Shown: in pieces, positions 23,940 to 34,816 of the stretch
How positions within the stretch are numbered: the first letter of the stretch is position 1
How the letters are laid out: every line of letters begins with the position of its first letter
Assembly: GCA_014905635.1 (NCBI GenBank)
Contig: JABVCE010000052.1
Coordinates: forward strand, 1 to 64,000
Direction: 5' to 3'
DNA from: Scenedesmus sp. PABB004
Lineage: Eukaryota
Length of the DNA: 64,000 nucleotides
The notes under the pieces: model-generated
Database searches by the model: none
Seen by the model: only the letters and a program-made list of their open reading frames with translations
What the model was told of the DNA's origin: nothing
Translations under genes and position numbers: made by a program

Positions 23940-26045
23940 ATGCAGCGCCGCCGCGGGGCGGCGGCGCTGCTGGCCGTGCTCCTGAGCCTTGGCGCGGTGA
24001 GCCGCAGCGCTGCGGCGGTGGGCTGGTCGCACGCGGTGGTCATCGACGCCGGGAGCTCCGGCAGCCGCGTGCACGTGTATCGCTACTTCACCGCCTCGGC
24101 CGCGAGCCCCTGGGCGCGCGTGGAGCTGCCAGAGGCGGTGCACCGCACGAGCCCGGGGCTGGCGTCGTACGCGTTTGAGCCGCGCACCGCCGCCAACAGC
24201 CTGCAGCCGCTGCTGCGCTTCGCCAAGGACAAGGTGCCGCCCGAGGCGTGGGCGAGCACGCCGATCCAGCTGCTCGCCACCGCGGGCCTGCGCCGCCTCA
24301 GCAACGGCAGCGCGGAGGCGGTCCTGGCCGAGGTGCGCGCCCTGCTGTCCACGTCGGGCTTTGACTTTGCGCCCGGCGACGCGCGGGTGCTCTCGGGACA
24401 GGATGAGGGCGTGTGGGGGTGGGTGGCTACGAACTATGCCACCGGCGCGCTGCAGGTGCGCGCGGCGCGCGGCGCGGCGGCGGCGCCCGCGGCAGCCGCG
24501 CGCGCGCGCGCCGTCCCCGCCGCCCCGCCCGCCCGCGACCTCCGCCCGCCCGCGACCCGCCGCCCACGCGCCCCCGCGCGCCGCCGCCGCGCAGGCGGCG
24601 ACCAGCGTGGACGTGCCGCCCTCCGCGTCGCAGCTGCTGCTGGGGCGGAAGGGAAGCCTGCCGCCGCCGGCGCCGCCGCCGTCGGCGCCGCTGCGGGGCC
24701 TGCTGGAGCTGGGCGGCGCGAGCCTGCAGGTCACCTTCCTGCCGCCCGTCAAGCCCCCGCCGGGCCAGGCCGCGGCGCTGGCGCTGCCGCGCCTGGGTGG
24801 CGAGCGCCTGTACTCGCGCTCCTTTGACGGCCTCGGCCTGCAGGCCGCCGCGGCCACCTGGGCGGCGGCGCTCGGCGCGCGCGGCGCGCGCAAGGACCCC
24901 TGCCTGCCCGCGGGCTACGTCGCGGGCAGCGGGCTCGCGGGCGGGAGCGACTGGCCCGCGTGCAGGGCGGGCGTGCGCGCGCTGCTGCCGCTCAACCGCA
25001 CCTGCCCCTTCAAGCGCTGCGGCCTCAACGGAACCTTCCTGCCAGCAACGGAGGGTGAGCGCGGCGCGAGCGCGCGCGCCGCCGCCGAGCCCGCCGCCAG
25101 CCCCACACCGCCCCGCCCCGCACCGTCCCGCCGCGCACCGGCCCCGCACCGCCCTGCGCCGCGCGCGCGTGGGCGGGCAGGCACCACGTTTGTCGGGCTG
25201 GACAACTTTTGGTACACCGCGCGCGCGCTGGGCCTGGCCAGTGGCCGCGCGGTCAGCCCCGACGCGCTCGAGGCGGCCGCCAAGGCCGCGTGCGCCCGGC
25301 CCTGGTCGGCGCTGCGCGGCGTGCACGCGCGCGCGGTCGGCGGCGGCCAGGAGCCCTACGTGCTGCGCGCGTGCTTCTCGGCCGCGCTGCAGCTGGGCAT
25401 CCTCGAGGGCCTGCGCCTCCCCAGGTCGGCGCCCTGCCTGCTGCCCAGCAACGCCGTCGTCACGCCCAAGGGCGAGGCGGTCGAGGTGACGCGCGGCGCG
25501 CGCGAGGCGGGCGGGCAGGCGGAGGGAGAGGGGGGGGGGGGGGGACTGCGCGGCGCGGCGCGCGGCCGGCGCCGTGCGCTGACGCGCGGCGCCGCCGCCC
25601 CACCACGCCGCCTGCAGGTGAGCTGGGCGCTGGGCGCGGTGATCGTGGAGGTGCTGCAGCTCGGCGGCGTCGCGATCAGCGAAGCGCGCATTCGCCTCGC
25701 TGCGGCGGGCAGCGGCGCGGGCGCGAGCGACGCCGTCGCGGTCGCCACGGCCGCGTCGTTCTGCCTCGCACTCCTCGCCCTCTCAGCCCTCGCCAGCGCG
25801 TGCCGGCTGGGCGTCACGGCCGGGCCGCCGCCGCCGCGCAGCGCGGCCGCGTCCGCCGGCGGCGGGGGCCCCGGTACAGCCGCGTGCGCAGCCCGCCGCC
25901 CAACGGGCGCGCGCGGAGCCCGCCGCCGCCGAGCGGCGGCGGCGCCGGGCCAGGCGGCGCGGTGGAGCTGCAGGCGCGGCCCGCCACGAGCGGCGGCGGC
26001 GCCAGCGCGGGCGGCGCGCGGCGGCAGCAACCGCAGCAGCGGTGA
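23940..26045 (+). CDS. Apyrase / GDA1-CD39 NTPDase
   Basis: ACR motifs VIDAGSSGSR, ATAGLR, GQDEG.WGW..NY, ELGGASLQV, VSWALG. Signal peptide and C-terminal TM segment. Last exon is inferred. Confidence 0.9.
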
Positions 26046-26554
26046 CTTGTGTGGTGACCTGTGCGTGCCGGCTCTTGCAACCGCCGACCGCGAGGAAGTG
26101 CGACCAGCGCTGTGTGCGCCGCTCGTGGCTGCGCTGCCAGCTGGCTGCTCACTCTTGTGGGAGCCCGCTGCGCCGTGGGGCCTCCCTGCGCTGCGTCAGT
26201 CCCCCATTGGGCCATCGCATAAGCTGCCGGTTGTCGGTCGGGGCGCGGGGTGTCATTTCAGGGGCCGCGGCCCCCGCCAGCCCGGGCCCTTGAAAGCGCG
26301 CCGCGGCCGCCCACCCCCTCCACCAGCTCATTCAGCGCTCACCGCAGCCCTACGTCGCCCGCTACCCAGCTGCCGCGCGCCCGCGCCCGCAGGCAAGCAG
26401 CAGTCGTGACCGGGCCCCCCCTCCCCCGCAGGCGCAGCGCCAGCCCGCGCTGAGCGCATAGACACGCTCCTGACATTTGGCCCGACGCCATGCGCTCCGC
26501 CGCCCGCAGAGAGCGGCCCCCTCGCGCGTGCAGAGCTCGCAGCGGCTCGGCATC

Positions 26555-27840
26555 ATGAGCGCCAAGGACATCATCATGGGGCAGGTCTTTCCGATCCTGG
26601 GCGGCGTCCTGGCGACCGTCATGTACTGCTCGCCCGTCAAGGCCACCTTCATGGCCCGCCGCGCCGGCGCGCTCGGGGTGCGTGGGCCGCATGCCGCGCT
26701 TTCGCGCCTACCGGGCGCCGTTTCCGGCACGACGCGCCCGCGGCAGCGCCTCCCTGGCAGCGCACGTGACCCAAAAAGCAGCCGCGCGCCCGACCGGCGC
26801 GCGAGCCTGATCAGGGCCGGCGCGCCGGTTGACGCACGAGCGCCGTTGCTCGCGCGCCGGCGCCGCCAGCCGCCGGCTCACGCCTCGGCGCCTGCTGGCC
26901 TCCCTGGCCTCCCCGCCTGCCCGCTGCCGCAGGACCTGAACCCCTTCCCCTTTGCGGTGGCGCTGGTGTGCACGGCGAGCTGGGTCGCGTACGGGTTTGC
27001 GTCGCGCGACTACAACATGTTCCTCGCCAACATCCCCGGCTTCACCGCGACGCTCTACACCACCGTCACCAGCCACGCACTCGCCACGCGCAAGGTGCGC
27101 GGAAGGGCGCCCCGCTGCCCCGCCGCCGCCGCGCCGCACCCGGCGTGGGCGCCCGCGTCTGCGGCCGCCGCGGCCCGACGCGCTGCGCTGCGCTGCGCGC
27201 CGGGCTCGCCGCTGGTGCCGCGCAGACTCAGAACATGATGATGACGATGCTGCTGCTGTCGGCGCCGATCATCCTGGTGCTGGGCGTGATCAGCGCGTTT
27301 GTGCTGAGCGGCAACCAGGCGCAGCTGATGTGGGGCTTCACCTGCAACGCCATCACCATCGCCTACTACGGCGCGCCGCTGAGCACGGTGGTGCAGGTCA
27401 TCCGCTCCCGCAGCAGCGCCTCCATCTACCTGCCCATGTGCATCGCCAACCTGGTCAACACGCTGCTCTGGATCGGCTACGGCTTTGTGAGTCGCGCGCC
27501 GCGCCCAGCAGGCCGCGCCGGCCCGCCTCGCGCCGCCTGGCCGCTGCCTGCCCCCCTGTGCACGCCCCCCCCCCCCCCGTGCACCCCCTGACCCCTGACC
27601 CCCCCCCCTCGCCATCGCCAGGCGGTGCTCGACCCCTTCATCTACGTGCCCAACGCCATCGGCGGCGTGTTTGCGGTCGTGCTGTGCGCGCTGTGCCTCA
27701 TCTTCCCCAGCAAGCAGGCGGGCGACCAGGCGCTGCCGCAGAAGGGCGCCGACGCGGCGCACGTGGAGCTCGACGTGCCCGTCAGCCCCAAGGGCGCCGC
27801 GGCGCACACGACCTCCAAGGACGCCGAGTCGCAGCTGTGA
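26555..27840 (+). CDS. SWEET (MtN3/saliva) sugar transporter
   Basis: MYCSP...G|DLNPFPF...WVAYG...N.PG and YYGAPL...VIRSRSSASI.LP...LWIGYG|..DPFIYVPNAIG; two MtN3 repeats. Confidence 0.92.
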
Positions 27841-28601
27841 GCTCGAGCAGCCGCGTCTGCCACGTCGCGGCACGCCGCGACGGCTGCGTCGTGCAGCGGC
27901 CCCGCGGCCCTGCCGCCCCCCGCGCCCAGTGGCGCGGCGCAATCCAACTCATGTGATGCAGCAGACGCGGCCCCGCCCCCGCGCGCCCGCGGGCGCGGGT
28001 GGCGGCCGCCAACAATGGTCCGCCAACAGAATGATTCTAGCCCAACCGGCACGCCCGCGTCTGGGGCCCGCGTGGGGGTGTCAGTTTTGACCCGGCAGCG
28101 TCCACGGCCGGGGGCGGGGCGCGGGCGCCTGCCTGGGCGCTCCGCGCCGCCGCCCCCGCGCCGCATGCATGCCTCACGCCATCCAGCGCGCGTTTGTGGC
28201 GGAGCAACGGGGCCTGTACATCACCGCTGCACCGCAGCCCAGGAGCGCCGGGCGGCCCCCCGCCGTCACAGCCGCGCGCTGGCGGCGTGAGCGCGCTCAT
28301 GCGCCTGCCCTTGACACCCCCAGCGCGGGCCTCGCGCGGCGCTGCGCATTCTAGGTAGGCGCCGGCCCAGCACCAGGCGGGCCGATTTTGGTCGTGCCGC
28401 GCGTTTGCGTTTGCTGCCGAGTCCGCGTGTGTGGGACGTGCCGCTGCGGCTGCGGCCGGTTTTTGTTGGTGCTGCCGAGGCGGCGTGTAACGCGGCGCCG
28501 CCGTTACGCCGGTGCAACATCGGACATGCGCGCACGCCCAACCTCAACCTCTGCGCCAGCGGCCAGCAACGTCAACTGCGCAGCAGCGCCCACGCGCCGC
28601 C

Positions 28602-29836
28602 TCACTCGGAGGCGGAGGCCTCCTCAGCCTCCTCCGCGGCCTTGGGCTTGGCCTTGGCCTTGGCCGCGGGCGGCGGCGGCGGCGTCGCCTCGAGGCCCGT
28701 GATAAAGGCCCAGTGCGGCGCGCTCACGCGCTGCACGCTCAGCCGCGGGCGCGTGAACAGCGCCATGCCCGCCAGCCCGCCGTCCTTGTGGGTCTTGAGC
28801 TCCTCCAGCAGCACCGGGCGCGCGAGCGCCCGCACGCGGCGCACGTCGACCATCCACCAGCGCGGGGGGCCCTCCGCGCTGCTCTTGGCGTCGTAGTACT
28901 TGCTCGCCGCGTCCAGCGCGCTCGCGTCGGGGTAGGCCTCGCGCACGACCTGACACACCCGCACCCGCGCGGCGTCGCGCCGTGCACGCACCGGCGGCGC
29001 CGCAGCCCCGCGCCACCCCGCCAGGCCCCCTCTCCAGCCGCACGGCGCGCGCGCGCGCGCACCTCAACGACGCCGACGCAGCCGGGCGTCTTGCAGTTGC
29101 TGTGGTAGAAGAGCGCCTGGTCGCCCACGCGCTGCGCCGCGCCGCGCGCGGGCGGGCGGGCGGGCGGGTGAGGCCGCGCGGCGCCGCGCGGCGCGCCGTC
29201 GGCGGCGCCGCACCATTTCGCGCATGATGTTGCGCGCTTCGGCGTTGCGCACGCTGCGAGGGGCGCCGCGCGCGTGGGGTTGGTCGCGGGGGTTGGTCGC
29301 GGCGCGCAGGCGGTGGGGGCGCGGGGCAGCGGGGCGGGCGCGCTCGGCCGCGGATGTGCGCCGGATGTGCGCCCCGCGCGCCGGCCCCGCGCGCGCACCG
29401 GCCCCGCGCTCGGCCCCGCGCGCACCCGTCCCAGCCCTCGGTCTGGTTGGGCCGCGCCTCGAGGTCGTCCCAGCTGAACTCGTGGGGCTCGGACTTGATC
29501 AGGAACAGGCCCTGCCCGTGCAGGGAGGCAGCGGTCAGGCGGGAGGCGGTCAGGCCGGGGCGCGCGCGGGGGCGCGGCTCGCGCGCGGCGCGGCCGCGCC
29601 GCGCACCGAGCCTGGCTCGGCCTGCGCGGCGTTTTGCTTGGGCTTGGCGCTGGGCTTCCTGCTGCGCTTGGGCTTCTCCTCCGGCTCCGACTCGGACGCC
29701 GAGCCCTCCTCGCGGTCCTGCGGGCGAGCAGCGCAGCGCGGCGCGAGTGCGCGGCGCTGCCGCCCAGTCGCGAGGCGCTGGGCGAGGTGCGGCGCACCCG
29801 CTTGCTGGTCGCGGCCGTCCGCTTGGGGCGCGCCAT
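28602..29836 (-). CDS. EVE-domain protein (THYN1-like)
   Basis: LIKSEPHEFSWDDL...WDG|VRNAEARN.MR.M|.VGDQALFYHSNCK.PG.VG..|VVREAYPD...YYD.KS....PRWWMVDV...RLSVQ.V. Confidence 0.93.
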
Positions 29837-30274
29837 GGCCGCCTGCAGGCCGCGCGGCGGGAGCAGCGAGCAGCGCGGCACGCCGGCGCGCCCTGCCGCC
29901 GCCGCAGCCGCGCGCGGGGCCCACGCGAGCAGAAGAATGGCGGCGAGGCGCGGGTCAGCCGGAGCGAGGCAGCAGAGGAAGCGGCGGCAGCGGCGGCCCG
30001 TGGGGAAGCAGCGGACGCGCCGGGCTCGCTGGCGGCGGCGGCGCGGCGGCTGAGCTGGCGTGTTTGTGGCCGGCCGCTGGCCCGCCGCGGTGAGGAGCTG
30101 CCCTGATCTCGCCGTCGCGAGCGGCGGCTCAATCGCAGAGCCCTCGCGTGCGCACGAGACGCGCGCTCATGAATTTCAGGGCCGCCTGGTGCACACGTTG
30201 TGGTGGTACATACACGCACTGATGGTCGTACACGCGGCGCGGCCGCCGCCGCCGCCGCTGGGGCACGGTCGCGC

Positions 30275-31222
30275 TCAGCCGGCGGTGAAGAGCAGGCGCG
30301 AGAGCGAGTTGCTCGCGGCCCCGCGCGCGGGGTGGCGCTCGGGCGGCGGCAGGCCGTAGAGCCCCAGGTGCCTGAACTTGCGAAGGTGCCGCTGCCGGGG
30401 CGCGCGGGCGGCCAGCGTGGGCGGGGGCGGCGGCAGTCAGTCGGGGCGCGGGCGGCGGCGCGACGAGGCGCCCGGGTGGCGGCGCTGCGGCGTGCGCGGA
30501 GGCGCCCACGCGCGCGCCGGCCCACCTTCCAGTCGCGGTGGCAGAAGATGCGCGGGAACTGTGGAGCGCAGCGCACAGGGGCGGGGCGGCCGGGCGCGTG
30601 CCGTCAGCCCGGCGGCGGCGCAGGGGCAGCGCGCGCTCCCGGGCAGTGCCGGCGGCGCTGCCCCCACCTCCCAGACCAGGAGCCGCACGTCGTCCGCGCT
30701 GCAGCCGAGGTCGGCGAGGTGTGCCAGCACTGGCTCCACGTCGGCCTCGACGCTCTTGCCGAGGAGCTGGGGGTACAGCGGCAGCAGCCGCTCCACGATC
30801 GCGCCGTCGCTCCAGCCGAGGTTCTTGAACGCCAGCAGCACCCGCCCCGCCTCCCACACGCCGCGGCGCTCAAACACCGCCGGCGCGGCGCGCAGCATGC
30901 GCGCGAGCGTCGGCGGCGGCAGGCCGTAGGCCGTCAGAAAGCTGACCCAAGCGCCCAGCGGCTCCGGCGCCGCCAGGCCGGGGTGCTCCAGCAGCAGGGC
31001 GTCGACCTCGGCCGGCGGCAGCGCGAGGCGGCCCGACAGCAGCGCGCGGCCGTCGGGAGGCGCCGCGGGCGCCTGCAGCGGCTGCGCCAGCCGCTGCGCC
31101 GCCGGCAGCGCGACCGCCCGGCACCAGCGCGGGCTTGTGAGGCCCGGGCCGGCGCGCCGGGCGCGGGCCGGCGCCGCGGCTGGCGCGCGCGCAGCGGCGC
31201 GCGCCGCTGCCGCCGCTGCCAT
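30275..31222 (-). CDS. mTERF-like repeat protein (3 exons)
   Basis: EHPGL, RAAPAVF, LYPQLLGKSVEADVEPVLAHLADLGCSADDVRLLVWE|FPRIF. Ala/Arg-rich transit-like N-terminus. Confidence 0.75.
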
Positions 31223-31573
31223 CGCTGCCGCCGCAGGGCCCGCCCCGGTGCTCGCGGCACTGCGCCCGGCACGGCGACTTACTGGGTGAGGCCGGGTGTG
31301 AGTTGGCGGGAGCGCCAGCGTCTGTCGAAAGCCCTCGCGGTCGGCTTGGCCCTGCGCCCTGCTGGAGCGGCGTGCGTGCGCCCGGCCGTTGTTCGGGCCG
31401 GGTGTGGCGCGTGATCGGGAGCACCGCGCGGGCGCCGCCAGCGCGCGGCTCACACAAGCAGGGCGGGTGCGCTGGCACGCGCGCTCGGCAGCCCGCAGCG
31501 CGTGCTCGTGAGCAGAGGCAGGCCGGGACCTCAGTGAGTCCCCCGTCGCGGCAGCCGGCCCGCCGCTGCTGCC

Positions 31574-33050
31574 ATGGAGCTGGGCGCAGACCCGCTGGCG
31601 GGGCACCCCCGCTACGAGAGCCTGGGCCGCACGCTCAAGGCGGGGGGCCGCTCCTCCGTGGTCCTGGCCCGCGACCGCACGACGGGCGAGACGGTGGTGA
31701 TCAAGCTCACGCAGCGCGGTGCGCCGCGCGGGCGCTGCTGCTCCCGCTGCCGCCGCCGCCGCGGCCTGCCCGCCGCTTGCCGCCCGCCGCTGCGTGGCGT
31801 GCGCCACCCGCCCCCACGCCCCCGCGCCCACGCGGCCGCCCGGCCGCCCGGTGCGCAGGCTGGGGCGGGAGCGCGGCCAAGTACCTGCTGCGCGAGCTGC
31901 TCATCCACGCGGAGCTGTCCGCCTGCCGGCACCCCCACATCGTGGAGCTGCGCGACGTCTTCCTCAGCGCCACCCACCTCGCTGCGGTGAGCGAGTACGT
32001 GGCGGGGGAGGACCTGCAGACCTTCCTGGCCAACACCGGCGGCCGCGTGAGCGAGGCGCTCGGGCGCTTCCTCTTCCAGCAGCTCGTGCTCGCCCTCGAC
32101 TTTTGCCACGCGCGCGGCAAGGTCTGCCGCGGCGTCAAGCTCGCCAACACGCTGCTCGCGCTCGCGCCGGGCCAGCTGCCGCTGGTCAAGCTCGGCGACT
32201 TTGGGTTCAGCAAGGACACCACCGCGCACTCCGCGCCCGCGAGCCAGGCGCGCACGCGGCGCGGCCCGCGCGCAGCACGCGGCGGGGCGGCCCCGCGCGC
32301 GAAAAGCACGCGGCGGCGCGCCGCCGCTGCCGCCGCCACCGTCGACACTGCGCCGGCGCCGCCGCCGCCGCCGCGCAGGTTGGCACCGCGCTGTTTGTGG
32401 CGCCCGAGGTGATGCACAACTTCAGCGGCGCGCCCTACGACGGCGCCGCGGTGGACGTGTGGGCGGCGGGCATCGTGCTCTTCATCCTGCTCTTCGGCCG
32501 CCACCCCTTCCTGCGCCCCGACGACAGCGCACTGCCCGAGCAGGCACGCGGCGGGGCCGCCGGGCATGCCGCGGCCGCGCGGCGCGGCGCCGGCGCCGCC
32601 ACGGCGCCGCCCACGCCTTGCCGCGCCGCGCCGTGCGGCCGCAGGCCCAGATGCTGGCGCTGTTCACGCGCACCGCGGCGAGCCAGTTCTGCCTGCTGCC
32701 GGAGGAGGCGTGCGCCATCACGCCCGCCTGCGCCGACCTGCTGGGCCACATCCTGCAGACCAACCCCGCGGCGCGGTGCGCGCCGGCGCGGGGCGCGCTG
32801 GCGCGGGGCGCACGGGGCCGCCGCGCGGCCGCGGTGTCGCGCCGCGCCCTGCACGCGCGTCCCACGCGCGCCGCGCGCGCCGCGCCGCGCAGCTACACCA
32901 TGGCGCAGGTGCAGGCGCACCCCTGGTTCCGGCAGGGCCTGCCCGAGGGCGCGGGGCGCATGAACGCGGCCATCCTCGCCGACGCGGCGGCGCGGCCGCC
33001 CAGCCTGCGCTTCCCGCCGGAGGCCATCGCGGCGCTCGTGCAGGTGAGGC

Positions 33051-33146
<96 letters not shown>

Positions 33147-34345
33147 GCGCGTGGGCGGCGCCAGCGTGCGGCCGCGGGGCGCCCCCGCCCGGCTGGCGGG
33201 TGCCGCCCTCACGCCCGCCGCTGCGCCGCCGCCGCCGCTCCTCCGCCGCGTCGCAGCACGGGCAGACGATGGACCTGGGCAAGCCGCAGGTGGCGCAGCA
33301 GCAGCAGCTGCAGCAGCACCCGCAGCAGGCGCAGCAGGCGCAGCAGGCGCAGCAGGCGCAGCAGGCGCAGCAGGCGCAGCAGGCGCGGCAGGCGCAGCTG
33401 TTGCAACAGCAGCAGGCGCAGGCGGCGCAGGCGGCGGCGAAGCCGGCCGCGGCGCCGGCGCCGTCGCCGGCGGGCGCGGCCGACCTCGGCGGCGCCGGCA
33501 GCAGCCTGCTGCGGCTGAGCAGCGCCGACCTGGAGGCCCTCATCCCCCTGGACGGCCTGCCCGGCGGCGTGCGGCTGCCGCTGGAGGTGTTTGCCTCCAT
33601 GGCCAGCCTGCCCGCGCTGCCGAGCTGCGCGCTCGGCGGCGTCGACCGGCTGGACATTGACGCGCTGCTGCGCCCAGAGACCAACCCGCTCGTCGCGGCG
33701 CGCCTCTCAAACGACTACGCGACGCAGCAGGCCCAGATCGCGGCCGCCGCGGCGGCCACGAATGCGGCGGCGGCCGCCGCCGGCACGGGCGCGCCGGGCA
33801 GCCCCGCGCCGGGCAGCCCCGCGCCGGGCGGCGCCCCGCGCTCGCTGACGCCGTCGCCGCCGCTCGCGTCGCCGGCGCCGTCGTCGGGCGGCGCCGGCGC
33901 CGGCGGCGCCGCGGGCGCGGCGTCGCCACCGCCCGGCAGCGACGGCGGCGGCTGGTGCGTTGGCGCGGGCGGCGTGGAGGTGCCGGAGGACTATGCGCCC
34001 TTCATGGTGGACGAGCCTGACGACCTCGCGGCCGCGGCGGTCGCGGCCGCGGCGGCGCGCGGGCGCGCGAGCGGCGGCCCGCCCGCGGGCCGCGGCGGCA
34101 GCAGCATCAGCCTCGACCTGCGCCAGCTCAGCGACATGCTGCTCGGGGGTAGCGAGGTCGCGCTCATGGAGGGCAGCGCGTGGCACAAGATCTGCCGCGA
34201 CCTCAGCACGCGCCAGCGCGGCGGCCTGCCGGGCGGGCGCAGCAGCGGCGGCGGCGGCGCCGACGGCGACGCCGGCGCCGACGGCAGCGACGGCGGCGCG
34301 GCCGCCGCGCTGGAGGGCCTGCGCGACATGAGCATCACACGCTGA
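31574..34345 (+). CDS. SnRK2-like Ser/Thr kinase, probably a pseudokinase
   Basis: VVIK, HPHIVEL.DVFL, RFLFQQL..ALDFCH, KLANTLL, KLGDFGFSK, |VGT..FVAPEV, YDG..VDVW, HPWF..GLP. Catalytic loop reads CRGVKLAN. Confidence 0.88.
33051..33146 (+). repeat. (GCGCGG)n intronic microsatellite
   Basis: Direct reading of the sequence. Confidence 0.85.
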
Positions 34346-34816
34346 ACCAGCCTGGCGGCGGCGGCGCCGTGGTGCGGCCATGGCGGCGCAGTGGCGGGCG
34401 GGCGGGCGGGCGGGGGCTGGGACTGAGCTGCCAACTTCTGTGGGCGCGGCGCTGCCGGGAGGATACCCGCTGGGGGGCGCTGCCGGGGATCCGTGCGATA
34501 CTGTTTGCTGCCGACCTGGGGGAAGCGCGGGGGCAGGGAGGGGGGGGGAGGTCTGCCGCCGTCGGTTTGCGGCGCCGGTGCGGTAAGCTGGTTGACGGCG
34601 CGGCGGCAGGCGCCGCTCGCCGGCCGCAGTTGCACGCCGGCGCGCCAGTCAATGAAACAAGGCCGACGCGTGCCTTCTTGGCGCGCGCGGTGGTCAGAGC
34701 CGCGCCGCCACGAAACGCCCCCCTCCCCTGCTGGCCGTCCTGCCGGTCGTCATCGGGCGTTCACAGCCCCCCGCACCCCTGCGCGCGTCAACGTACCGCC
34801 CACACACCCCCGCGCG

